Source: Blastocystis sp. Blastoise (Eukaryota; Protista; Bigyra: Opalinata). Taken from it: a stretch of 64,000 bases of DNA. A program made the translations under genes and the position numbers. The DNA lies in contig JBBPEB010000023.1 of NCBI GenBank assembly GCA_039096225.1, forward strand, positions 620,001-684,000, read 5' to 3'. Each line of letters begins with the position of its first letter. The first letter of the stretch is position 1. Shown here in pieces: positions 1-32,481 of this stretch. The notes beneath the pieces were generated by a model. That model was not told the DNA's origin. It saw only the letters and a program-made list of their open reading frames with translations, and did not search any database.

Positions 1-101
1 TATTCTTATTCATTTATTCTTTCTTTTTCTGATTTTCTTTTCTTCATTCATGTTTATATGTTTTATTATTTCGATGATTATTATGAGTTGTACTTTTAAT
101 T

Positions 102-142
<41 letters not shown>

Positions 143-522
143 TACCATTACATTAAATAAAATCTTTCAAACAAAACTATTTAGTATAATATTTCATTAT
201 AAAAATAAGTAGGGAAATGATCAAGTAAAAATAATATATCAAAGAGGAAATTGTATATAGATACATCATATAGAAATAAAGAAACAAGTAATATAAACAT
301 TTTATAATATAATGATAAAACAAGAACTATATAACTAATAGAAAAAGCAAGAATACATACATAATATAGAATACAGAGAATAGTAAATAAAAAAGAAGAA
401 AAAAACCTGATTAAAGAAAAGTATCGACAAAGCTATTAATTATATAAGCAAGAAATAGTAATATAGTTTAACATATAATATAGTGAAGTCAAGTCGAAAT
501 ATAAATTATATTAGAGAACAAT

Positions 523-9036
<8,514 letters not shown>

Positions 9037-9265
9037 TATCTAAATAAAAACAGAAATGATCAATAAACATATGACTATTCATCAGTTTGATGATGGATTA
9101 TGATAAATATGACGATTGTACTATGAATAAAATAAATAAAAACATACTTTACAATAGTCTAACAAAGAAAATAAGAAAAGATAAATTGTTATGTAAAAGC
9201 ATCAAATAACAAAAAATCTTAACAAATAAGAAATAACCGTGAATATAGAGGAGAACAATTCCATC

Positions 9266-9277
9266 GGGTCATGACCC
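9266..9277. promoter_or_regulatory. Perfect palindrome GGGTCATGACCC in a divergent promoter
   Basis: 12-bp palindrome in AT-rich intergenic DNA between head-to-head genes. Confidence 0.4.
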
Positions 9278-9381
9278 TTCGGTTATATGTATTTTCTATC
9301 CCACCAAAAAAACGTAAATTCAGCTAAAAAATGTGTTTGTATTTCGCATAATGTATCTCTGTATAAAATAGCTCTAGATAA

Positions 9382-10181
9382 ATGTTTTTTGGTTTAATTC
9401 GAAGAGAAAGATGTATATATTATGTATATGCATATATTATTATGAAAGAATAGATCAATTCCTTTTTCAAGATGAATCAAGAGAAGAAGTGTCGCTTCAG
9501 TTTTTGAATAAATATCCTGAATGCATATTAAGTAAGATTATAAAAGATGAGAATAATAAAACGGAAGAAGGATTCTATTATGCTGATTTTCAACTAAATT
9601 CGTTACCAAATTTAGTTAGTTTTTTTAGTAGCATTTTCCGGTCTAGTGTTTTCAAACTAGATATGCAAGAGGCAACGTATTTATATGATGATTCAATCAT
9701 ATTAAACTTTCCAATACCAAAACAATTGAGAGTTCATATTTCTTCTATTTATATGACTTTATTCTTGAGTTATATGAAAGAACATAACGATGAATTATTG
9801 AATGCTAAAAGCCATGATAAACTAAAGATTGGTGATTATACAGAAACATATTGTGTTTATAAGAGCCATCGTAAGTTAACATTAGAAACTTGTCAGTCTA
9901 TTCATCATTTTTTATTTTATTTACCATTTGTTCATATTAATACACTTTGTTTCAATTGTATATATATATATATATTATTGTTATTCATTATTATATAAAT
10001 ATATTTTTATTCCTAATTATATTTTTATTGATAAATATATCTATATATTATTTATTGCTTATATATATATATATATATATATATATAGATGAAACATTAG
10101 ATTCTAGTGATTTACAATTATTTTTCTCTATAGATATTTCTGAATCGTTTCCTTATATACAAACTATTACTATTTATTGTA

Positions 10182-10215
<34 letters not shown>

Positions 10216-11502
10216 TATATAGTATCGAATGAAGATACAAAAACTGTTATTTCCATGAATTATAACCGTCGAAATGTATTCTATATATATTATATTATAT
10301 TATATATATATATAGACAATAATAGATCGAACTATATCATTTCTTGATGAAATTATGTATATATTTATATAATTATTATTAGTTGTATATATATATAGAG
10401 TAGAAGGTTTATCTGATGAAATACTATTAAACACAATTATTGATAATGATTATTGTGATACTATCGAAAAACTATCGTTTAAAAGTATATATATATATAA
10501 ATGTATTTATATGTCTATATTCAAATATATATATTTATACTATTTATATATAGAGCTTTCACCTGATCTTTGTAGTTCCCTTTATACAATTCTTTCTCAC
10601 GGTTATTATAAAGTATTAGATTCTATTCAATTTTATAAAACAACTTTTATACAAACAGATTTTAATGATTTCTGTCAACTTCTTCAACAACCCTCAATGC
10701 GTCATATTAAACATTTGATATTATCAGCTAATGAGTTGAAAGATAATGATTGTGTTTCTCTTTCGAATGTTCTTAGAATACATTCATTCGATTCTTTACA
10801 GACACTTGATATCTCTAGTATATATATAATATATAATATATAATATATATTCTATAATGATAAGAATATAAAATGTTATTCTTATATAAAAAAATATTTA
10901 TTTCTTATTATATATGTATATATAATTAATATCTATTTTCCTAAGGGAATAACATATCTTCACTTGGTTTGTCTTGCTTATTCCAATCACTTCTAGAGAG
11001 TCGTTATGATACTATTCAATCTTTACAATTAGAAGTATGTCTATTTGATTTGAATTGTAGTCATTTATTTTCACGGTTAATTATGAATAATCAACTAAAC
11101 AACTTGAAAGAATTGAATTTATTCCGTAATTATATTATATTTAATAATAATAATACATATATCAAAATATATCAATTTCTTATTATTATTATTATATTTA
11201 TTAATAGAATGTATAAATGAAATTGAAGCTATTAATATAATTATGCAATCCTTATGTTCAAGTAATATCAATCACCTTACTTCACTTAATTTATCTTGTA
11301 TATATATATATATATATATTTATCTTTTTAAGAATTACATATTTATATAAATATTTCTATATAGATAATAGATTTACAAATAAGCATTTAGATTTATTAT
11401 CTACTTTTATATTAAATAATAATATCCATTCATTACAATATCTCTATTTTACAAGTATATATATATATTTCATTTATTAGAATAAATATATGATATTTAT
11501 TG

Positions 11503-11590
<88 letters not shown>

Positions 11591-11877
11591 TTGTGAATTA
11601 ACAAAAATTGATTCACTATTAACACTTTTCCAAAATAATTATTTCAATTGTTTAAAAGAACTTGATCTATCATGTATTTATATATATGATTTTTATTATT
11701 TTATAATTATTATATAGTAACTACAATTGATGGTATTTCAATTAAAAAGTTAAATAACTATATACTTAAAAATAAACAACATTTAAGTATGAAGAAATTA
11801 ATTTCAAGTATATTATATATGGATTATTTATTATATAATATATATATATAGGTTTTCAAGTATATGTATATTGTTAA
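9382..11877 (+). CDS. BTB/POZ-like + RNI-like leucine-rich repeat protein (multi-exon)
   Basis: ATG 9382 and intron 9413-9453 give MFFGLIRRERYQFLFQDESREEVSLQFLNKYPECILSKII. LRRs follow (IKHLILSANEL, LQTLDIS, LKELNLF, LTSLNLS, LKELDLS); stop 11875-11877. Confidence 0.75.
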
Positions 11878-12177
11878 AGAAGTGTTTGATATATTATGTA
11901 TATTAATATTAATTTGTTTAAGTATAAAATAACGTTTCTTTTGTTTGTGTACAAAATAATAATTACAAAAAAAAAAAAAAAAAATCAACAAATATTTATA
12001 CATACATTAGATATATTGAATATATATATGCAATTGAAAGAATCATCATAATAATAACTTTATCAATAATTATATAAACACATAAAAAAACAAAATCATA
12101 TAGAATATAATGAATATACATATACACATATAGAATTTATTTTTTTAAATATGATTTAAAAATAGCAATTTTGGTGA

Positions 12178-12388
12178 TTATAAGTCCATTTCTTCTTCAT
12201 CTTCAGGAATAGGTTTAGCATCTTCACCATCCCAAGGGGCATTATCTGTAAGATCTTTCATAGTAGGAAGATTCGATAAACGAGAACGACCGGATTTAAG
12301 ACCATTAATAAAGACATTAATAGACTTTTCAGTGAAAGCTCCCTTAGCAACTGAATATTTACCCTTATTCTTAGATACCTATAATAAG

Positions 12389-12423
<35 letters not shown>

Positions 12424-12445
12424 GTATAATAATAATAATAATAAG

Positions 12446-12503
<58 letters not shown>

Positions 12504-12840
12504 TATATACAGCCACAACAGCAGGATATCCGAATCCAAGATTCAATTCTTGTTCTAAATCATATTGTGAGCCTCCTTCAACCCAACCATAAGTAAATAA
12601 TCCACGAGGTTGTTTAGTACTAATATTCTTCATGACCTCAATAAATTCATTTCTCTTCTCTTTACCACTATCCATAATATGAGGTAAGAAAGCTAATAAA
12701 CAAGTCTTTTCACCACAAATACTATCGAAGGTCTCTTGATTGTGGACTTCTATTACTTCTATAGGATTCTTTACTTCAAAATCATAATCAGCATATAACT
12801 TGGAAGCGAAATCGACAAGAGCAGCAGCAGTACGTTCAGC

Positions 12841-12900
<60 letters not shown>

Positions 12901-13497
12901 TATAATAATATATACAACTATAATCAGAGACAGATTGTTCATCTTTACGACCACCCTTAAATACTTTAATAGTAGGATATCCTTGAATTTGATATTCACC
13001 AGCAAGATCCGTATTAACGGTAGCATCAACTTCAGCAAAATGGACTTTACCCTATATATATAATATATAATATAATATAATATAGAATATAATATATAAT
13101 ATAATATATAATATATATACCTTCATAGCAGTAGCAGCTTTAATCCATTCAGGAGCGAGAGCTTTACAGTGTCCGCACCAACTATAGTAGTATAATAACA
13201 ATAATAATAATAATAATAATATATATATATATATATACGGGGCATAGAATTTAACCATCCAAATATCAGCACTATCCATGACTTTCTCTTCAAAGGTATC
13301 ATCAGTAAGAACAATAACATCTTCAGGATTACCTTCCTATATAGAATAATATATAATATATAGAATAATAATAATATATAATAAACATAATATAATATAA
13401 TAATAATAATATATAATAAACATAATATAATATAATAATAATAATATATAATAAACATAATATAATATAATAATAATAATATATAATAATAATAATA

Positions 13498-13546
<49 letters not shown>

Positions 13547-14263
13547 TATAATAATAATAAATAAACATAATAATAATATATAATAAACATAATAAACATA
13601 ATAATAATATATACAGGAATAGTTTGAGGTTTTTCTTTCTTAGGAGTTTCTTTCTTGGTTTCAGTCTTAGGTTGACTTTGGAAGGAGGCAGTTTGAGGCT
13701 TTGATTCTACTTTACCTTCTAAACGAGCACGAATAAGAGACTTATCAGCCTTATAAGCAGCATTACAGAATGATTTAGCATCTCTTTGACCTTGATATTG
13801 TTGAGGTTCTTTATCAGCAGGATTAAAAATATAAACAGTAGGGAAACCTTGAATATTATACTTTTGAGCAAGTTGTTTTTCTTCAGTAGCATCAACAGCA
13901 CCAAAACGAGCAATTCCACTCATAGCATTAGCAGCTTTAATATAATCATCCTTCATAGCTTTACAATGACCACACCAACTATATATATTAAAAAAAAATT
14001 AAAAATATAAAGATATTAAATGAAAAAAAGTAGATTAAATCAATAAAACTCAATTCATACGGAGCATAGAATTCAACCATCCATACTTCACCACTCTTGA
14101 GTACAAGTTCATCAAAATTAGAATCATTTAAGATAATAGGACCAGTTTTGCCATCATACATAGCAAAGCAAGAACTATAGATAATAAATAGTTAATAGGA
14201 CAAAGCTATGTTTAAATACGTAAATAAAAGAGCAAAGGCAAAAACAAATGCAAAAGATCTCAT
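12178..14263 (-). CDS. PDIA6: Protein disulfide isomerase A6 (P5)
   Basis: Signal peptide [15 protein letters not shown]; two spliced FYAPWCGHCK thioredoxin domains; b domain with LPHIMDSG and GFGYPAV; acidic C-terminus ending EEEMDL*. Confidence 0.93.
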
Positions 14264-15161
14264 ATTTCACAAAAATAAATAAAAATAAAATAAAAATTAT
14301 TTGATCTTCCTACTTAATTAATTTTCAACAAGTTCAATTTCTAGAAAACCGATTTTCTTCTGTTTTTACACTTAAAGAAACGGAAGTCTTACTCACGGGA
14401 ATCTCGTGATAAACTTCTTTATTTTAAAAATAATTAAAATAATGTTAGTATACATGTTTGTTACTACCCAACATGGAATTATATAGGGAAACAATGTAAA
14501 GTTTTTTTTATTATTATTTACTCTTTTACATTAATACAATTATAAATATTTTGTTGAATATTAATTTTTAGTTGCTTCAATTTATTAAATACGTGAAAAT
14601 GAGTTTATAAAAATTACATTGACTGCCAGATCACAGTGGTATTATAGTTTATAGTAAAATTTAAATGAAGATTTTATCTCAAAAGTGTTATTCGGACGTA
14701 GGAAATATATGTTAATTTTTAAAAATAGGATGTTTTGTAAGCTTTCTAAAAGATATTTTCATTTTATTATTGTTATGATAACTTCAAAAGGTTTGAACTC
14801 AGTTTTTCAGAATCACGAAACAATCTAGTAATATATATGATATGGATAGAGAATGATGTAGTTCATTTATTTGATTATGTTAATTCTATCAGCTATGCGT
14901 ATATATAAGAAAGATTTTCTTAATACACATATAATAATAGAGATTATTTGCAATCAGATGAAGAAAATAAAGACTTGAGTTGATTATTTATGTGTATTTT
15001 TTATCCATTTTTTCTTTTTTTTAGTTTATTTCTTGTTTCAAATATTATTTTTTAATCAAATATCAATAAAAAAAATATTTGTTAATAAGAACATAAGAAA
15101 GATATATAATGTAATATGGCTTTTAGTAAAACGATATAATTATAAACAGATATATATATAA

Positions 15162-24244
<9,083 letters not shown>

Positions 24245-24499
24245 TTCAATTAAAGAACAATGGTGATGAAATCAAATAAACCATTAAAAGTTGAAAACCC
24301 TGGAAAAATATATTTTACAAGCGTTCTTATTATTTTTCCCAATGATTTTGTTTATTATTCACTCCTTATGTTATTATTGTGGATAGAATGTATTTAAAGT
24401 AAATGTATGTATAAAATATGATCTCAGAGGTATAAGAATAAAATTAAAATTAAACAACACAAAATATTATTATTTTTTACGTGATTATAAATACTTTTG

Positions 24500-25883
24500 C
24501 TAAGATACAGTGCTTTCCTTATTAGTGACAAGATACTGCCCCCAAATGAAGCTTGATGGATAAGGAGGTTGTATGAAATGCATAGGAATATGTGATCCAT
24601 TTCCTGGAGCAACAATATAAGCATCCCATTGTTTCCTGTATATGTGATTAAAAAATAAGTATGTTATATGATGAATTAAAATAAGATAATTTCAAATACC
24701 TGATGGAAATCAGAGTGTTGATATCTTTTTTGGCTCCAAAATAATACTCTTCAAAAGAAACTGGTTTTTTATTTACTTCTAATTCTTTTACACTATGAAA
24801 TAAGAAGAATATAGGCAAGGTGAATATAGTATAATAAAATATTCATAATAATTACTAATAGTACTATATAAGCAATACAGTTCTAAATTTTGTTTGTTGT
24901 CTTGCTTTTCAATTTTTTCTTCTTCTTTTTCTTTTCGTTCTTCTTTCTTTTGCTTAACAAAAGTGATAAGCTCATCTTCTCGATATATTAACTATATATA
25001 TATATCATATTAATAAATTAAATTGAAATAAAATGATAAACGTCAATTATAGTATTTTTTTAAGATAAAAACTTTTATAAAAATGTATATATATTATAAA
25101 TAATATACATTTTGTTTTTGAGAACGAATATGTTTTAATTCATTCAATTGTAATAATAAATGTTCATAGACTTCTATTTCTTTTTCATACTCTATAATTT
25201 GTTTTTTTTCAAGTCTAATATTTATATAATTAGAATAAGAAAAATCATAATTTATAAATAATATAATAAATCATAAATATTTACTCTTTTTGTTCATTCA
25301 ATTTCCTTTTTCGTTCAATTTCTAATTCTTCAACTTTTTTAGAGGCTCTCCATAAATCAATTTCTCTATATAAAGAATTGATATTCGATATTTCACAAAA
25401 AAAATATTAAAATATTATAAATATATCTAAATAATAAATAAAAATATTATATATATAAATAATAAATAAGACTTTTATAAATATATCTAAATAATAAATA
25501 AGACTTTTATAAATATATCTAAAACAATACATACCGTTCTCTTTTTCGTTTTAAACTGTTCGCAATAGCATTTTGAGCATGAATTAACTTTCGATGCTTC
25601 CTTTTCCAAACCTAATCATATAGTTGACTAACATAAATTTCTTTAATACTTTCTTTTTCATTCCCTCTATATATTTCTTTGCAAAAATCTCTTTTTGCTT
25701 TTCATTTTGAAATGGAATCAGCAATTGTGTGATAGAAGCCTTTAATTTATTACATTTATTCAATTTTTCCATGCATTCTACATCATCTAGAGATGGAATT
25801 GACTTCTCTAGTTCTTCCAAATTTTGTTGAAGATCATAAAGATGTTTATGAATTTGAGAGAATGAAGCTGTTTGTTGTTCCAT
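24500..25883 (-). CDS. PDCD7: U11/U12 snRNP 59 kDa protein (PDCD7) homolog
   Basis: Coiled-coil N-terminal half including REIDLWRA. The spliced C-terminus FEEYYFGAKKDINTLISIRKQWDAYIVAPGNGSHIPMHFIQPPYPSSFIWGQYL fits the PDCD7 C-terminal pattern (YY.A..sl..LI.IR..WD.Y.......iP..wv.PP.PS...W). Confidence 0.8.
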
Positions 25884-26043
25884 ATAATATCTGAATATAA
25901 CTAATGATGAATAAGCAAAACTAAAGGAGAAATAAGCTAAAAAAGCAATAAGTAGTAAAACTTGCACTTTTTGAAAGAAAGATAAGAAAACTCAAATTGC
26001 TTTTTTGCTTTTCCTTCATCCATTATATCTTATTTTAATATAA

Positions 26044-27253
<1,210 letters not shown>

Positions 27254-27989
27254 TTCATTTTTTTTTTAATTTCTATTTATCTGCTATATATTTCTTATTT
27301 ATTTGTATCTATACACAAATTAATGATCTTTTTCATATTTAAACTTTCCTATTTCATGTTCATTATATTATTTATTAGATATACTTCACAAATCACCAAA
27401 TTTATTGTTTTTTTTATTATATTATATGAATAGCTTTTTTTATCTTCTTTTATCGCATTAAGCAATATATTATTATATAAATGAAATACTATTCTATAGA
27501 ATAATAGTGACCTACGTTTTTATTATTCTATAAAAAATTTAAAAAACACAAATTATCAACAATGCAAGATATAATAATAATATGCCATTGTAAGCATATT
27601 ATTTCACTTTTTCTCTATTTTTCAAATTATTTTTAGCAATACTATTCAAAAGATTTTATAAACAATAATTAATTGGATTCAAATTATTCTTAAATACATA
27701 ATACTGTTTCTATTATTATCTTGTTAAACTCATAACATCTACTCAATACCTATATCAATAATAGAATACGAAATAATATAGAAAAAGGATATGTTCAATA
27801 AGAACAATAAACCGTGGATATAATTTCAAATATGGGTCTTTGTGCATAATTTCCGTGATTCTGCATTAAATAGATTTCTTAGAAATTTACTGTTCTCTTT
27901 TTAGAAAAGTGATTTGCAAATCAAAAAAAGAAAAACATAAAGAGATATACATATAATTATTGACTTTTTTGTTGAATAAAAATAGAAAG

Positions 27990-28841
27990 ATGAGTAAGAA
28001 GGCTGAGATTCATGAAGAGATGAACTTAAGTATTGCTTGTGAAGCTTGTCAACCTGATAAAACAAATGATGACAATTCAGATGACGCTTCTCCTAAAATT
28101 GTAACACCTGCAGATGTTACAAAGATCGATGAGGATATGGAAGAATTATTCATTATTGGTACAGCAGGCTTGAAAGTTACTGTAATCGATGGAATCGATC
28201 ATCTAAAGCATTTGAAACGATTAGTTCTAAGATCAAACTTGATTCATAAGATTAAGAATATTGATAATCTTACAGAATTAGAATTACTTGAATTGTATGA
28301 TAATAAATTAAGAGCCATTAAACACATTGAACATTGTACTAAATTACAAACATTAGATTTATCCTATAATAAAATCAGTGAAATCCCTCCAATGCCATAC
28401 CTTCAAAACCTGAAGAAATTGTATATATATGTTTATTTTTTTATTTTTTTTTTAATATTTTTCAACAATAATCTTTTTTTAATAATTAATATTATTTATT
28501 ATATATATTTGTTTATTTTTTTAAATATATTTTCATCAATAATTTTATTTTAATAATTACTATTATTCCATGTATATATAAAGGTATTTAGCTAGTAATA
28601 GAATATCGGATATGTCTCCCCTCTCTTCTCTTCCTAATTTAGAACTATTAGATCTGGGATATAATAATATCAGAATAATCACGGGAATCAGTCATATGAA
28701 ACATCTTAAAGAATTATATTTAGGAAAAAATAAAATTGAAACTATATCTGGATTAGAAGGTTTATCATTAACAAAATTGGATCTTCAGAGTAACCGACTT
28801 TCCCGCGTCGATAATTTAGGCGGGATGGACAGTCTAGAAGA

Positions 28842-28884
<43 letters not shown>

Positions 28885-28933
28885 GGTATTTATCTTATAA
28901 TGGAATTGAAGACATGTCAGGAATCAATACACT

Positions 28934-29004
<71 letters not shown>

Positions 29005-29530
29005 TCATTTGAATACGTTAGATCTCATGCACAATAAGATTCAAATCGTAACGGATATAACACAATTAAAAGAACTAGATTTCTTATGGTTATCTCAGAA
29101 TGAGATTCAGTCAATAGACCAAATACAGTATCTCATTCAATTATCACACAACACAAAATCGTATATATATATATATAATTCATTATTATAATATTTATGT
29201 GTATTATTATATTTACTATTATTATGTTTATTATTATATATGACTCTATCCTATTCAATATATAGCCTATATTATTCTATATATAATCTCTATAGATTAA
29301 CTACTCTCTATCTTGACCATAACCCTCTCTCTCATATTCCCTTCTTTCGCAGAGATATAATCCCTCAACTACCCTCTCTACAATACCTAGATATATCCTT
29401 ATATATATATATATTAATCATACTATATATATATTAATCATGCTATATATTAATCATACTACATATATGCATGAATCATACTGTATATATTCCTTAATTA
29501 TATTACTCGATTCCTGTACAAATGGAATAA
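27990..29530 (+). CDS. PPP1R7: Protein phosphatase 1 regulatory subunit 7 (SDS22), LRR protein; the last intron is U12 AT-AC
   Basis: SDS22-type LRRs ([46 protein letters not shown]) and LRR cap [10 protein letters not shown]...LPSLQYLD|SIPVQME*. Confidence 0.88.
29393..29506 (+). other. U12-type (minor) AT-AC intron in SDS22
   Basis: 5' ATATCCTT, branch site TTCCTTAAT (29490-29498), 3' AC. Removal gives an in-frame LD-SIPVQME-stop ending. Confidence 0.88.
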
Positions 29531-29765
29531 TATAATAACTATTTTTTGAGTGTTGAAATGAAATAATTATTCTATTATTTCAGTATTATGTTTGTTTTCG
29601 TCTTTTTTTGTAAATATATGTATTCATATATGCAGAATTTCGTTATTGTTATGTCATATAAAAAGATATATATATATATATTAAATAAAGAAATCAAAAC
29701 ATATATATTAATACACACATAGTATACTCACAAATAAAACGATATATATATATATATTAATAATT

Positions 29766-30229
29766 CTATGTCCAAGGTAAGAACATAGAAAACAAACATG
29801 TTCCAATAAATATATATATAATACAATATATAATTAAACAATAAGATGAAAAAGAATGTTTATATGTAGAAATATAAGCGAAAAACCACGGGAGAAGAAT
29901 AGTTGTTGACATAAAATATCGAGTTGTGACCTATATATATATGTATATATATATATATATATAGATTAATAATTATTATATATATATATATATATAGATT
30001 AATAATTATTATATATATTTATACATGAACATGTACATAAATAACTCCAGAAATAAAGTTAACGACAGCATAACTGATAAAAGGGAGAAGAGGGATCGGA
30101 ATACAATTGAAGAGTGTGTCATTGGGGGATCTAACAAGTAGATGTTCATAATTTGACAATTTAAAAATAAACAAATATAAACATTTATACATATATATAA
30201 TAATCGGTAATCCCAAACATATCTCAAAC

Positions 30230-30271
<42 letters not shown>

Positions 30272-30449
30272 GATTATGTGTATAAAAGGCGAAGGGTCCG
30301 ACGTTCCAATAATAACTTTGAACATATGTATATCTATATACATATATGTATATATATAACTATTATACATATATGTATATATATATATATAATATATACA
30401 GATTTGGAATAATTGCGTCACACCAAGGGCGATGATAATCAGATCTAAA

Positions 30450-30488
<39 letters not shown>

Positions 30489-30603
30489 AACATATAGCAT
30501 ACGTGCAATAAGAGGAATAACAATAATAAAGATAGAATATGATTGGACAAATAGAGATGACGCCATAGACTGCCATGTGAGCTGTTAAGAACATACTTTA
30601 ATC

Positions 30604-30640
<37 letters not shown>

Positions 30641-30684
30641 ATATTTGTACCCAATAAGTGATGAATTCTGACCATGAACAAGGA

Positions 30685-30725
<41 letters not shown>

Positions 30726-32403
30726 TACATCAATAATTTTAGAATTATTTTCTGAATAACTAGATTCCGAATTAAAAGAGATGATTTGATCTGGAATAGT
30801 ATTCCTAAGATGAGATGGTGTCCTTAACGTAATTGGTGAGTCATCAGAGACAGAAATATGATTAAAAGAACGTGTTTTTGCAGGAGATTTCATAGGAGAT
30901 TTAGTGGGAGATTTATTAACAACATTATTACTTGATTTATTACTTGATTTACTACTTGATTTATTAATAGATTTATTAACAACATTATTACTAGATTTAT
31001 TTCCTGATTTATTTATAGATTTATAATTATATTTCTTATTAGATTTTATTACGGAATTAACAGATGATATTGAATTGAATGTTGAAGGTGAATATTGTGA
31101 GAGAGATTGATAGTCGATAGTATTCGTATATATACCTTTATTAATAGGAGTAGTAGAAGAGGAGAGAGGGTATAGATGATGAAGAAGAGGAGAGAGAAAC
31201 GATAAAGATCTTGGCAATGGAGTGTTCTATATATACATATATAACATATATATATATAGTAATAATCATAAATAAATATATATATATACAAATAGAGCAA
31301 AAGTAAATAAATAAAAAACAGCGTTCAGAGCTCCATTAGAACGTAATAAGCACGTGACAAAGAAACACAAAGAAGCTATAAGCCTATATATATATATATA
31401 TAATTAAGTATAGATTAGAAAACAATAACTATTCTAAAACAATAATAATAATATAAAGGATACATACATTTTTCTATGAAATGAATAATTAGGTTGAAGA
31501 AGTATATATAATCCAAGGAGAGAGAAGAAGAGAAAAGGTGATTCTGTATAAATAGCTGTGGTGTGAATAGTTGCAGGGTTGGCGGCAAAGAAAAAGGCGG
31601 CACGATAGGAGAATTGAGGGTCTTTGAAATAACTCTGCGTAACTCGATAAAGTAAAATTACAGATCCAAAAAAGCAAATATTACTATATATAATAATAAT
31701 AATATATATATTTAATAATAATAAATAATTTAAAAAAAAAGTATTTACAATAATATCACATAAATATAAACATATTCTATTTAATATATTATCAATATTA
31801 CATATAAATACAACTATATACCAAAAAATAAATCCAAAAAGCATCATTCGAGCAAGTTGATGAATTTTCAAATAATCAAAAAAGGAGAATATTTTCCTAT
31901 GATAGTTATTAGATATATATATAATATATCACGTAGAATTTCTCAATACATACGATAGTAGCCTTAGGATAAACGATATACCTGGGAAAAAGGCATGTTG
32001 TTGTTCATATTGATATCCATGTTCTGCAATCGATATAAAATGTCTAGTTGATATGATATAAATATATTCAATATTTATAAAATATAATTTGCTTAAAATA
32101 AATAGTTTAGTTGACATACAATGCATCCCAATTAGCAAATGGTGTACCAATTAGAGTATAAATGGCTTTATCAGCAAATGTTTGCTGCTCTGTATGTAAT
32201 GCCTGATGATTTTAAAAATATTAGACAAAAAATGTCATAAAAAAAAACAATAAAATAAATACAATATATTCTTGAAGTGAATCATCGAATTGTCCTCCAA
32301 TTGTTGATGATATTATGGCTAGAGTCCATACAAGCAACCTGATTACAATTGCAAATTGAAGAAGCGATCCTTCTTCATCTTTCTTCTTATTATATGTAAA
32401 CAT
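29766..32403 (-). CDS. PIGV: GPI mannosyltransferase 2 (PIG-V/GPI18)
   Basis: HFISIAEHGYQYEQQHAFFPG, ANPATIHTTAIYTESPF, LRSNG, RPWC, YTYVQSYYWNVG, HVQVTTR and C-terminal FLPWT*. Confidence 0.93.
30577..30644 (-). other. U12-type AT-AC intron in PIG-V
   Basis: On the minus strand: 5' ATATCCTT, branch TTCTTAAC, 3' CAC. Removal keeps the frame (YWVQ|MAVYGVISICP...RPWC). Confidence 0.85.
31384..31463 (-). other. Probable U12-type GT-AG intron in PIG-V
   Basis: On the minus strand: 5' GTATCCTTT and an ACTTAAT branch-like site upstream of ATAG. This phase-0 donor keeps the frame into the RSNG exon, whereas the donor 4 nt upstream gives a stop. Confidence 0.7.
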
Positions 32404-32481
32404 TTTTTCGCAATATAATTGCTTTTAATAACTCAAATAAAATAAAAACAAAAAAGTGAAGAAAAAAAGGATAAAGAACTC

